From Camelus ferus (taxonomy: Eukaryota), in NCBI RefSeq assembly GCF_009834535.1, contig NC_045697.1, positions 30,196,001 through 30,260,000 on the forward strand: 64,000 nt of DNA. Reading direction: 5' to 3'. Below the pieces are notes generated by a model. The model saw nothing but the letters and a program-made list of their open reading frames with translations. It did no database searches and had not been told where the DNA came from. Below, one piece after another: positions 1-12,136 of the stretch; positions within the stretch are counted from its first letter, which is position 1, and the number at the start of each line of letters is the position of its first letter. The position numbers and the translations under genes were made by a program.

Positions 1-9
1 TATAAATAT

Positions 10-72
<63 letters not shown>

Positions 73-530
73 GGAATACTACTCAGCCATAAAAAAGAAT
101 GGAATAATGCCATTTGCAGCAACATAGATGGATATAGAGATTATCATACTAAGTGAAGTAAGTCAGATAGAGAAAGACAAATACCATATGATATCATTTA
201 TATGTGTAATCTAAAAAAAAGATACAAATGAACTTATTTACAAAACAGAAACAGACTCATAGACATACAAAACAAACTTATGGCTACCAAGAGGGAAGGT
301 GGGTAGGGATAAATTGGGAATTTGGGATTAGCAGATACATACTACTATGTATAAAATAGATAAACAACAAGCTCCTACTGTACAGCACAGGGGACTATAT
401 TCAGTAGCTTGTAATAATCTGTAATGAAAAAAAATACATACATGTATAACTAAATCACTATGCTGTACACCAGAAACTAACACAGCATTGTAAATCAACT
501 ATACTCCAATTAAAAAAAAAAAAGAAAGAA
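1..530 (+). mobile_element. LINE-1 3' end (ORF2 tail and 3'UTR with poly-A), relatively young subfamily
   Basis: Typical L1 3' sequence (gtggaatactactcagccataaaaaagaatgg...ccatttgcagcaaca) ending in an A-rich tail at ~511-530; runs off the window start. Confidence 0.9.
13..70. repeat. (CA)29 microsatellite inside L1
   Basis: Perfect CA run read directly. Confidence 0.98.
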
Positions 531-904
531 ACCCAAGCTTTTAAATTTGTTCAGTACTGGAACCAGGCTAGGGTACAGCTGACCAGAGCATAAAATGGGG
601 AGAGATAATGGTCATAAGAAATATATATGAAAGTAACCTCAATGTTCATAGAAAACTGCACCATATCATCCTCCTCAAGCTTTATTACCTTTCTTTCACT
701 TCAAGCACATTGAACACAAAAACCAAGCTCTTGTGGCTCAGGGCCTTTGAATTATGTCCACCTGGAATTATTTTTAAGTATGTTAGAATTAATTTAATTA
801 CATTTAATTTAATTAAGATATAACCATATTGACTTTGTTGTTTATAATAATTAGGACTTTTGTTTATTATTTATTAATTATAATTATTTTACTTGTTTGT
901 TTAG

Positions 905-1030
905 TAGTTTATTTGTCCGTTTTCATCATTGGATTCCATCTCCATGAAGGCAGGGCATACCTCCATTGTGTTCAGCAATGAATCCTGAATGACTGTCACA
1001 TAGCAGGTGTTAAATTCAAGTTTGTTACTG
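905..1030 (+). mobile_element. L2 3' end fragment
   Basis: ctccatgaaggcaggg...cacatagcaggtg resembles the L2 terminus. Confidence 0.65.
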
Positions 1031-1110
1031 TCGCATGGGTGTGGGGAACTTAGAAAACCTTCATATAAGTGGTAGTTTTGAAGTTGGCTTTAAAAGTTGG
1101 CTAAGACTTT

Positions 1111-1704
1111 GTTTTAATTGAAGTATAGTTGATTTACAATGTGTTAATTTCTGGTGTACAGCATAGTGGTTCAGTTGTACACATATATACATATATTCCT
1201 TTTCATATTCTTTTTTATTATAGGCTACTACAAAGATATTGAATATAGTTCCCTGTGATATACAGTAAGACCTTGTTGTTTATCTATTTTACATGTATTA
1301 GTTAGTATCTGCAAATCCCAAACTCCCATTTTATTCCTCCCCACCCCCTTTCCCCTGGTAACCATGTTTGTTATCTATGTCTGTGAGTCTGTTTCTGTCT
1401 TATAAATAAGTTCATTTGTGTCATTCTTCTAGATTCCACATATGAGTGACATCATATGGTATTTTTCTTTCTCTTTCTGGCTTATTTCACTTAGTATGAC
1501 AATCTCCAGGTGTATCCATGTTGCTGCAAATGAAAGAATGAAAAAAATGTTCATTCTTTTTTATGGCTGAGTAGTATTCTATAGTACACATACACTACAA
1601 CTTCTTTAATCATCTGTTGATGGACACTTATGTTGCTTCCATGTCTTGGCTATTGTAAATAGTGCTGCTATGAACACTGGAGTGCAGGTGTCCTTTCAAT
1701 TTAG
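1111..1704 (-). mobile_element. 5'-truncated LINE-1 3' end with TSD
   Basis: Reverse complement of the same L1 3' region as 1-530; flanked by ggctaagacttt (1099-1110) and ggctaagatttt (1705-1716). Confidence 0.92.
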
Positions 1705-1894
1705 GGCTAAGATTTTAACTTGTGGAGTTGAGGGGGAAGGAGGTTCAGGCTGGAGGAAGCAGCATCAAATCTCCCTAATGTGGTTATTATCAGGCTTCAG
1801 TGAGAACATGTACGTGAAACACTTTATAAAGACTTGTGCATTTTTGCAGCAGTGGACTGGTAAGACTGAAAAATAGGACGATGTCTTCTGTAAA

Positions 1895-2030
1895 CATTTA
1901 ATCGTCATTAACAGATGAGGAAACTAAGAGGCCGAAAGGTAAAGTCACTTACCCGAGCTGGCCACAGCTGGTGAGTGGCAGAAGCCAGGGTCTGTACTTA
2001 GGACTGACTAGTTCAAAGCCCACAAAGTTA
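1895..2030 (-). mobile_element. MIR SINE
   Basis: MIR core cagatgaggaaact...aagtcacttaccc...cacagctggtgagtggcaga. Confidence 0.8.
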
Positions 2031-2109
2031 ATCAGGAGAGTTAAAAAAAAAATCCTAAAATGCCAGGTTGAGGAATCTGCCCTTGATTTGATGAACAACA
2101 GGGTGAGAG

Positions 2110-2700
2110 TGAGACTGGGGTGAGGTCAGCAGAGCACTCTCCTTGGGTGCAAAATTTAAGGAGACACCAAAAAACTCAGATAATCAAGATAAATAATACT
2201 ATAATGTGATATTTAAAAAACATAACATGGCCCCCCAGTTCCTTTTTAGCTCTTTTTATAAATAAAGTTTGACTGAAACTAGGGACTAGATGAGGGTGAC
2301 GTGGAGTTATGCAAGCACAGGGTTGCATCCTGCTCCTTATTTTAAATTTTGATATTTTGCTCATCATGGATTTCTTTGGCATTAATTTTGATTTTTTAAG
2401 AAATATGGCATTAAAAGGTGGAGGGTATAGCTCAGTGGTTGAATGTGTGCTTGGCATGCACAAGGTCCTGGGTTCAATCCCCAGTACCTCCGTTAAATAA
2501 GTAAAAAAATAAACTTAATGACCTCCATCCCTCCCCCAAAATATAAATAAATAAATAAATAAAATAGTTGGACCAAAAAAAAATTTTAAAAAAAGAAATA
2601 TGGCATTAAAATAATATTTACCTTACTTACTGTGTGTTTTGGCATCCCCTTAAATGTTACACCCAAAGTGAGCACATCATTCTTATCCTAGTCCCAGCCC
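2110..2700. mobile_element. Palindromic non-autonomous hAT element (MER96B-like), interrupted by a SINE
   Basis: Left arm gggtgcaaaatttaaggagacaccaaaaaactcag is mirrored by right arm ttttggcatccccttaaatgttacaccc. Confidence 0.65.
2417..2592 (+). mobile_element. tRNA-Ala-derived SINE (Vic-1-like)
   Basis: Head gggtatagctcagtgg...ggttcaatccccagtacctcc with A-rich tail; perfect 19-bp TSD aagaaatatggcattaaaa (2398-2416, 2593-2611). Confidence 0.92.
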
Positions 2701-5700
2701 AGTCTGACGCTAACTCAACAAGAGTCCCCTGGCAGTAACGTTCAGCGTGGCAGGCTAAGAAGCATGGACTCGTACGAAAATAAAGACACGAATGAATCGA
2801 AAGCTGACAAATTACTGTTTTAAAGTTTTTTGAAATAGTTCCTGTCTGTGTGGTTATGTCATCAAGCTAACACATACATAAATCCATTTGGTTAATTTTG
2901 CTTTTGAATCTTGGTTTTCTTTTTCAGCGTAATTTGCTTTATAATTATGTAAACTATTTACATGGTTCCAAAGTCAAAGCTATAAAACAAGATACAACTG
3001 GAGAAACTTAGCTTTGAATTCTGTATCTTGAACCCTGGTCTTTACCTACTGCTATAAGTAACCACAAAGAAAACATTTGTTTTATCCCTAAAAAATAAAA
3101 AAAAAATTTTAAAAAAAGAGGGAATTGGGAGTGAAAGGAAAGAACAGGAGGCAAGGACCCAAACACAATTCCCTGACTTGGAGGATCTGAAGATAACTCC
3201 TAAGTTTCAGAACTCTGCCTCTTTGGTCAGAACTGGGAAGTCAAGAGAAAACCCCGGGTTTGGGAAGGGTGATGTCAGACTCAGGTTAGGGGTCTGTGAC
3301 AGCAAACATGCATTTGAGGTTTTTGTCCTATTGTTTAGGCTACTGACATTGTGTAGCAGCGTTTGAGCACAAAACATTTGAAACACTAGGGCCGATGATT
3401 AAAACTTGAAAACAGTCTTGTTTTAGGTTTTTCATGATGTATTTTTATTATTTTGGTAACAAGGTTTTGGCTTTTTAAAGATAAAATGACTGTGATGTTG
3501 GTTTACTCTCCCTCCGGTTTGAGGAGAATAAAGACAAGATTTATTTATTCACTTAATATCTAGATTTTCCTCTTTTGATCTCACATCAGGCATCTCCAGT
3601 GCTAAATATTTTTTGTCTCTCTGGGGGGGTTTCCTGCTTTCATACACGCTCGCCCAGCTACTATATTAGCTAATTTTTCTTCCCTGAAATCCCCTCTTAC
3701 CTGAATTATTTAACTGGTCTTTTCTGAACTCCCTCTAAGTATTTTGCTATTTCATAAAGCAAAGCGTTTTAGAATGTGTCCATTTACTAGAAATGTCTTT
3801 GGAAGCCCTTTCAGCCCATTGTGCGATACAATACCCTATTGTGTATGCGTAACCCAAACTAGTTTCAGGCTATTTTTACCACACACGCTCACACTGGCTT
3901 GAGCATTTTAATTAAATCAGACGAACAACCAATCACCAACTTAGTCAGTAACCATTCACTGAAAACAGTCAGACAGATTGTGTCTGTAGATATAGCCTCA
4001 ATCTTTTTGTTAACACAGCCATTTTGGTTTTCTCCACTTAATCTCATTAAGGGTGCCCCCCTCCCTCCACCTGACTTAGGACTTTCGTGGTTTCCCTGGG
4101 CCAATGAATGTTTAGGTTTCCAATTACGTGTCTCCAGATGCATTTGTTCTGCCTTCATTCTTTATGCTCTTTCCTTTCAATATATTTAGTATACTTTAAT
4201 CCATTGTATCTTTCATGTGTCAAAAGTAGTTTTCATGCAGGTTTCCAGTTTAGGATCTTATCATTTTAGTATTAGGTATGCATACCATCTGTGTGCGTGA
4301 GGGCATTATAACATCCTTATCTTGGCTTCCTTTCATCTTTCCCTGTTCCCGGGCATGGATGAAGGCCTTGTGTCTAATAAGTCATTTGCATCAGCATGTC
4401 CCAAATGACCAAGAGATGAAGATAGGAGAGATTAGCATGGTAATCTCATTCTGATGGATAAAATTAGCAAAGATATTCCCCACAAATGGAGAGCTGCCAT
4501 TGGCGAACTGCTGTGCTTAGAATCAATTACTAAATTACTTTGAGCTCTAAGTTGACATTAACAGAAAAAAATTGCCATCGACCGAAGGGAAATAAGATAA
4601 AAAATATGCGATCATTAAATCTCTCGCTACTATTCACGAATGTGACTCGCAAGAATGGTACACAAAATAGGACAGAATTTAATTTCTGACAGTGCCCCCT
4701 GTCAACATTTCATCCTCAGCTTCTCCATGGCCTGTGAGCCAGCCATGGCCTTTCCCATTCAGTCTTTGCAGAGGAATGAGAAGCAGGGAGGGGAGGAGAG
4801 AAAGGAGAGAACACGGTGAGGAGAAGAGGTCTAGTTCAGTTCCTTCCCCTTCCTCCGTGGGCCAGCAGCTAGAGGAGGAGGCCCTCGGGCTGTTTCTGAC
4901 TCCTGAGCCACCCAGTCACGCCCAGCAGGGATGGGCAGGCTGACCCTTCATGTCCAAAGGAGAACCAAACCAGAGAAGACCTGTTGACATTTGGAGCGCT
5001 TTCCAATCCATGCCAATGGTCACAATGTGAAGCCAGCAATCTCCCCAGTTTCTACAAGTCCAGCCTGTCAGCGAAACAGTGACTATAAATACTTCCGCAG
5101 ATGATCACCTGGACGATCAGCTTGTCCAGAAGTTGTTTAACTTGCAAATGATTTCTTAGAAATATAGACACCAACACTAAGAAAAGCCTTTCCCCATTCA
5201 GAAACTCCTCCTTGTCTTGATGGGGAGATGGTGCTGATGACGGATAGAAACAAGGAAATCAGTTCCTGTAAGGGAAGACGCTTTAAAATCGCTTTTTTAA
5301 GTCAAAGCCTGGGGAATCCCAGTGGCATAGTAATTGTTAATATTATTAGCACAGTATACATATCAGCTGTTGAGATATTATGAGGACTTGAATTCAATCT
5401 CTGTTGGGGGAGTCAGGGTCAACATCATTAACTATACATCTTGTCTCAGCTTCCATATAGAGGCCTCAGGGCAAGTGTCTGCCAGATACATCTCCATAGA
5501 TGGGCAGAACCATAGGACGTACAAGGGGCCCATCACACACATCAGTAACAGACAACAAGCTTTTGTTTATCTGAAGGTTTACTGGAATTAACTGATTAGT
5601 GTCAACTTGACACAATAACTTTTGTCTACAGTGCAGTAGATCATTTTGATGGTTTTATTGATGGAGTGTGTTGTCTAACGTAAATTATAGGGGGAAGTTG

Positions 5701-5771
5701 AATTTAGATAAAGTCTGCCACATTTTTCTTAAGAGGAAACTGAAAAAGCTGTTTGTAACGGCACCCTTGAC

Positions 5772-5985
5772 AGGACACCTTCTGCAGTCTTATGGATATT
5801 ACAATGGTAATTGTGATATTAATAATAATAATTACCAGGGAGAGTCGTAATTGAAATGTATGCAGTTTGGGGGTTGGCAAATGCATCTTTAAGAGGACAC
5901 ATTTTGTGCTCTTACAGATATTACAACAAAATTGTGATATTAATAACAGTGATTAGAAGGGAGATTTGTAAGTGAAATGTAAGCA
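5772..5985. repeat. Diverged two-copy direct repeat (period ~122 bp)
   Basis: 5772-5864 and 5894-5985 align at about 73/93 positions by hand. Confidence 0.9.
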
Positions 5986-6664
5986 ATCCATTCTTAAATT
6001 AAACTTAGAACACAAAACCATTAAAGGGAAATGAGAAAATAAGTCTAGGTTGTTAAGGGTGACACAAATTTCATGTAAAAATTGCCCATGAAAATGGCAG
6101 GGAAATTAAACGAGAGCAAGTTGGAGTTTATATATTTACAAGGAGTTTTAAGTAACTGTAAACAGATTTTGTTCAAAAGCCAAATTCTAATGGAGGGAAT
6201 TAAAAATGGATTCTGAGCTTTGAGAGATTATTTGTGGTAAACAGCATTCACATATCAATCCAAGCAAACTATATGCACAGTTAATTTTGAGATTTGAGTA
6301 AACACAAGTGCCTCTAGAATAATTAACCATGAATATTACTGGTGATTTAAAATCCCCTTAATCAAATAGTTTCTAGAAACAATTCAGCACTTTAATTTTT
6401 TTCCAGTTTCGTCCTAAGATTCTATGCTAAAATTGTTAACAATTACAATATTCTGAACCCACATTCTAGAAAGAGAAATGGTGACTTGCGACAGTCATAG
6501 GAGAAATGAAAGTAGAAATAGGGTGAGTCGAGGAATTGAGGAATATAAGGAAGAAGTGGACACTTAGCAAACAGGCACAATTTAATCCTAAAACCTCTTC
6601 TTACTATTGGGACATAACTTTTCTTCTTCCATAATGACATGTTTTATGGAAATACAAGACACTT

Positions 6665-6728
6665 GTTCCTTCCTTTCTTTGTTTCTTCCTTCCTTCCTTC
6701 CTTTCTTCCTTCCTTCCTTCCTTTCTTC

Positions 6729-6795
<67 letters not shown>

Positions 6796-6840
6796 TTTCT
6801 TTCTTTCTTTCCTTCCTTCTCTTCTCTTCTCTCTTCCTTT
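6665..6840. repeat. (TTCC)n/(TTTC)n polypyrimidine microsatellite
   Basis: Read directly; explains the low-complexity ORFs at 6604-6881. Confidence 0.97.
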
Positions 6841-7459
6841 CATCTCATTTTTCTAAATGCTCTGTAATCACACAGTATTAACAAATGACAACCACACAGA
6901 TCACAGAGTGGTGTTACTTCCCATCAGGAGTTATTGGTCACACTTTCCTCCCAGGGTCACGCTTTCCTCCTCTGGGTTCCCAAGACAGAAAAAAAAGAGA
7001 GTGCCAACAGAATTTCTTGTCCTGAGAAAGGAGTATCTCACTCTCTCACCTGCAAATGTTAGGACAGGTTCTGTATCCACCCTACAAAGAATAACACACG
7101 CCTTTATGTACTCTTGAATAAAAATATCACAAATGATATCCATGCCTCCTGCTCACTTCTCTCCAGCTAGATTCTGTGACAAGAACGGAAGGTCACCTGA
7201 GGGTCGCCCCAGGCCCCAGTATCCTTCAAACAAAAAGGACCTACATCTCCTCTATTCAAGCCGTGAACCTAGAAGAACAAACACTTCGGGGGAGGGCAGG
7301 GAGGGTTAGTAAATTAAGCCGTCCAGGCATAAATGGACCAGTTTAACTGAGTAGAAGATTACACCAAAATATATATGTCTTTGAACTAGAAGAAAATAGT
7401 TCCTCTGGCTATTAAGGCCAACGGTATCAGGTCCAGAAAACAGGTATTGATCGCACAGT

Positions 7460-7612
7460 TGCTCAATTTTGCTTCATCCTTTCAGCAATCCTGTAAGTTA
7501 GGGACTATCATCACCATTTCACAGACAGGAAAACTGAGGTTCTGTCAGATGAAGTAACACAAATCAGAGTCACACAGATAAATGACAGGGCTGGGATTTT
7601 TAACCCAGAGTT
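7460..7612 (-). mobile_element. MIR SINE
   Basis: ccatttcacagacaggaaaactgagg...gtcacacag...gggctgggattt. Confidence 0.8.
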
Positions 7613-8351
7613 CAAAAAAACTCCGATTTTAACTGTGCCCTTCTACCTTCCACCTGACAGCCTCCTGTGCTGGGGTCCACTCCATCGCCCACCCGCCCCC
7701 CACGAGGGGTGGCCCAGACAGCTGAGGGGGAAGCTGAAGGGTCTGCACTGTGTGAGAGGCGGGGCCAGGCTGGGGCTCAGTGATCTGCCCCGGGCAATGT
7801 TGGAAGCAGCAGCCTCTCTAACAATCACTGACAGCCCTAAGGTTTCTGAGGGCAGAGAGACCCAGTCCCCAGGAGGGAGGAGGGGGAGAGGAAGAGGAGT
7901 CTCTTTTACCCCTTGCTAGTCATCCTCTAGATGCTTTGGATGAGAGAGAAAAAGAGAGAGAGAGAAATGGTAGCAGTGGATCAGAATTTGACAATAATTC
8001 CCATCTAGGCCCCCCAGACCTCTGATGTCAAACCCTTGTAATATGCCATGTTATCTGGAGTCCAGCCCGACCAAGTGTCCAGATAGGCCAGAAGCAGATA
8101 TAGGAAAATGTAAAAGTCTGGAACCTCCCTTTCCCCTTCTGTACCCTCCTTGTTCAGTGTCCCTACCACTTCCCAGGAGCCAAGTGCTGGGTCCTGCCGA
8201 GCCGCAGGCTTCCTAGCATCTGGCTTCCACCTGGCCCCGTTAGGCCAGCAGGACTTTATGTTGCTCCCATCTCACTACCGGGGCTCGGCAGCAGGATACT
8301 CCTCCTGCCTCTCGGAACTTCCAATCTTGCGCATCTCTGCTCCGACATTCT

Positions 8352-8530
8352 CGACAACAAGATGTCCGACAGGGAGTGGCAAGACAGTTGAGTAAATCAT
8401 GGTACATCCACCCAGAAGATTATTGAGACATTTCAAATGATGATGCTGAAGGTACTAGAACAGTTTGGATAAATAATTATCATCTGAAGCTAAGCAGAGA
8501 GCAACGTGCAAAATTACACGTAGACTCTGA
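8352..8530 (+). mobile_element. Old L1 (L1M) 3' fragment
   Basis: gttgagtaaatcatggtacatcca resembles the L1 ORF2-end motif. Confidence 0.5.
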
Positions 8531-8544
8531 TGACATTAGTCAAG

Positions 8545-8785
8545 GTGGGTGAAGCATGGAATTTAGAGTCAGATGGACCTTGATTAGAATCTCCCACGTA
8601 CAAGCTGTGTGACTCTGGGAAAGTCGCTTTGCCTTCCTAAACCTCTAATTCTTTCAGCTATAAAATAAGAGTGGTGATGCCCACCACAGAGAGTTGTTAC
8701 GAGGATTGAACGAGATAACACCTGTTTGAGGCTTAGCATAGGACCATGCCTGTTGTAAGTATTTAAAAAGTGGTACCTGTTGTAA
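8545..8785 (+). mobile_element. MIR SINE
   Basis: gagtcagatggacc...gctgtgtgactctgggaaagtc...gttgttacgaggattga. Confidence 0.85.
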
Positions 8786-9454
8786 TTAGAAGGAATGTTG
8801 AATTGGGATAGGGGAGGAAATCCTCCAAAATGTCTGCAAAATTCTCCAGATGATTGATAGAGGAATTGAAAAAAATCTCAGGAGAGATTTCTGGGCAGGA
8901 CCAGGCTAAGGACCCTAGTAACCTGGAGGGAAGAAACCAGGGAGGGACCAAGGGGACTCAAGTTCAGTCAGCTCAGCCTTCGGGGTCTGTTCATATGAGC
9001 ACTTACTTCTTGGGCTGTGGATCGACAGATGGGCAAAACAGGAGCCTGTGATTTCTTGGCACATTTAGGATCTACTTATATTCATGCTGGCTTCAAATTC
9101 AACGTTTTAGAGGGCCCAATTAAGTGAAACAAACATAAAAAGAAATCTACCTGACAAGTATGACCCCCAATGGGGACAGAAATATATTTAAACACCTGAT
9201 TATATATCATTCATCCAACGACTCTTCACTGAGGACTCTTCTGTACCAGGCACTGAAACCTGCAAGGGTCTTGGAAGTGGACCAGACAGACTCACCCTGC
9301 CTTAGCTAACCCACCTGGCGTGCTGTGCGGAAGACTGCAAGGGACAACTTCTGGGCAGTGGAAACAAACCTACCAAACATGGTTTGCTTCTCTGGGTTAT
9401 TCTATGCTTTTCTATGTTTCTACAATTAAAATGTACTGCCTACCTTCTGTTTCT

Positions 9455-10142
9455 ATTCAAGTGGAAGACAAAGTCCCTATGGTGGTCCCCCAAACCCTCC
9501 ATGATCTGCCTCCTCCACCCCAGCCTCACCTCCTGCCACCTGCCCATCACTCACTCTGCTCCAGCCGCTGGCCTTGTGCCTCTGACATATTACGAAGCTC
9601 CTGCTCAGAGCCTCACGTTTGCTGTCCATCTGCCTGAAATACTCTTCTGCCAGCCAGCTGTGTGTCTCACTGCCTCACCCCTTCCCGGTCTCTGTTAAAG
9701 TGTCCTTATTAAACCCCAACATTAGTCCAAATGGACAAATTAGAAAAAAGGTACCCTCTTTCTCAAATAATTTGGTACCATCTGCCAGAATATTTTCATA
9801 ACTACATAGATGTCTAACAGCCACGAGGAGAAAGGCACTCCCCGGAGATGTGTGGAATCTAGCCCTCAGTAGTAGCCCCGGATGTGGGGTTCCCTGTCTA
9901 CTCCTAATAAAAGAGCAACACCCCCCCCAACCCTGCTACAGTACTCCCAACTTCCTTACCTTAGACATTTATCACCATATTTATTTGTCTGTATGCTTGT
10001 TGACTGTCTCTCCATTCTACCACTAGACTGAAAGAAGCCAGGACTTTGTCTGGACCAGTGTTGGACCCCAGCACCTGTAACAGTGCCTGCCACATAGGAG
10101 GCACTGCCAAAATATTTGCTCAGTGATTGAAAGAGTGAATGA
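9455..10142 (+). mobile_element. L2 3' region (interrupted at ~9700-9900)
   Basis: tcactctgctccagcc, tttgctgtccatctgcctg and terminus cagtgcctgccacataggaggcact...atatttg. Confidence 0.8.
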
Positions 10143-11977
10143 CCCTGTGCCCTCAGGAACAGAGAGCACAGAGTCAGATGTAACTAGCCGGGGTGAGAAA
10201 TACACAGATCAGTAGTGGAGAATAGGAAAAAGTGTGGGAAATTAGGACTTTAAATAGAGAAAGATAGTTATAAGGTTAAATGCCCAGACTATATATAAAT
10301 CGAATGATTGTGGAAATCTGTGCAAATGACTGAGAAAATTAAAGAAAAGGAGGCAAGGAGAGACATTTTAAACAGATGGTTGTTTGTGAGCTGTGGCTTG
10401 CCACTGGCAACAGAGTCTGATGTGTGGAGACTTGTTGAGATGGCACAACATTCTAGAGGTGTGTGCATGGTTCTGAGCTGAGGTCATGAATGTGAACGTG
10501 AAAGTTACAGAGGCAGAAGACTGAATCTGGCCCTCCTTCATTGTCCCTCTTCTGTCCTTTTCACCATCAGCCCCATGCACCCATCTCAAGGGAAAGGAGA
10601 GGAAATCAAACCTAAGATGTGATGGAGAGATTTTCATCCAACTGGAGACAAAGGAGCAGCACCAGCGTTTTCTAAAGAGCTGGATCAGTGTGTGCTGGGC
10701 TGAGAAACCACCTGTGTTTGGTGATGAGCCAATAAACAGCTCCACTTACCAAGATTTCACAATCTAAAAGAGCATTTGAGGACATCATATCAAAAGGAAC
10801 AGTTATGAGCAGCTGGCTGTTCAAAACAAAAAGAAAGGAGACAATTGAACAGAGGCAGACTCCTGGGAAAGGGAAAAATATGAAATCTATGTATTCCAAT
10901 TGCATACTCTTTGCATTTGTGGAAACACAAAGAAATGTGGAGCATAATTTGGACCACTTCTGCTGTGATGAACTGTACGAAAAATGAGTTTTCTATTTGA
11001 GCCGAAAGCCCCTGAAAGAGCAGGAAGTAAAAGTCATACTGGAGAGAGAGCCTTGGCTACACATTTTTCACGGAACATAAACACACATTGGAGGAGTTTT
11101 TTGGTGCTTAGTGACAATTTAATCATCCGTATTTGATGCTCCTTTTCAGGGTAAAGGATGTGAAGTCTCCAAAGGTCACAACTGATGCAATTTGGGCAAC
11201 AAGAACATCTCATCCATTTCTGAGGCACATATATTTTGTTCTTAAATAATTAAAACATTTCATCTCAGAATTCCTTTTCTGCCCCTAAAAGTGTCATCTG
11301 ATTAACCAGGGCTGTGTGAGCAATAGTAAATTCATTGAGTTGCATTAACAATTGTTATTGTAAACCAATATCAGAACTGCATGTGATTTAGTATAATCCA
11401 TTTTCTGTCAGGCATTTGACTTAATGATATTTCCTCTTCTACTTACTTACGCATTTCATTATCTGTTTTTGTGTCTTCAGAAACACAATAAACTATAACC
11501 AACAGGGAAAGATTGGTACATTTTTCAGAGCATGTTTCATTTTTCATCTTTAATGGGTCTTTTGGTAGGGTTCTTGCAACCAACTGAAACAGTCCTTTGC
11601 CTTGCACCAAAAGTACGGGCTTACACTTGGAGCAACCTTTGGAAGGGGAATGCCTGGCTACTCAAGTCCAGGAAAGGGAGGGGTACTTTGAAGAAGAGTG
11701 GCTCCCCTCCAGCCACAGACGCTGTAATTGCCACCCCCTCCTTATTTCCTTCTATTTCCTCCCATCTGCCTTCCTTTCCTAGGTACACTGATGTTTCGGT
11801 TCAATTCTAATTGCATTTGGGTTGCATGCTAAAGCACACAGTATTCTTTCTTGACAGGCATTATTTTTGCGGATGTAAAGTGCAATTTCTCCCTGCATTC
11901 CCTTTAAACTACTTTTCTTCTCTCTTTTTAGAACTGTCTTAAGGGTAAAGAAAACAGAGGTCCAGTCACCTGGGACC

Positions 11978-12136
11978 TTGCTACTTAAAATGTGGCCTCA
12001 GAATACCAGCAGCACCCAGGAGCTTGTTGGAAATGCAGAATCTCGGGCTCCACCCCAGATCTACTGAATCAGAATCTGCATTTTTAACAAGGTCCCCAAG
12101 GTGATTTGTTGGTACATTCAAGTTTAAAAAGCACTG
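11978..12136. mobile_element. MER5A-family hAT-Charlie element
   Basis: ggagcttgttggaaatgcagaatctcgggctccaccccagatctactgaatcagaatctgcatttttaacaag. Confidence 0.9.

Noticed and set aside
2417..2492. Possible tRNA-Ala gene (also at the other five SINE heads)
   Set aside because: A-rich tails, TSDs, CpG decay and an altered acceptor stem or anticodon show these are retroposed copies
4689..4706. CTCF-like reading of the reverse strand (ttgacagggggcactg)
   Set aside because: The conserved CCAC/CCAG half is missing; better explained as the inverted TGACAG pair
5772..5985. CRISPR-like repeat-spacer interpretation of the duplication
   Set aside because: Only two long, diverged units in mammalian DNA, with no array or cas genes
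6604..6881. K/E/R-rich and F/S/L-rich ORFs
   Set aside because: Translations of the TTTC/TTCC microsatellite
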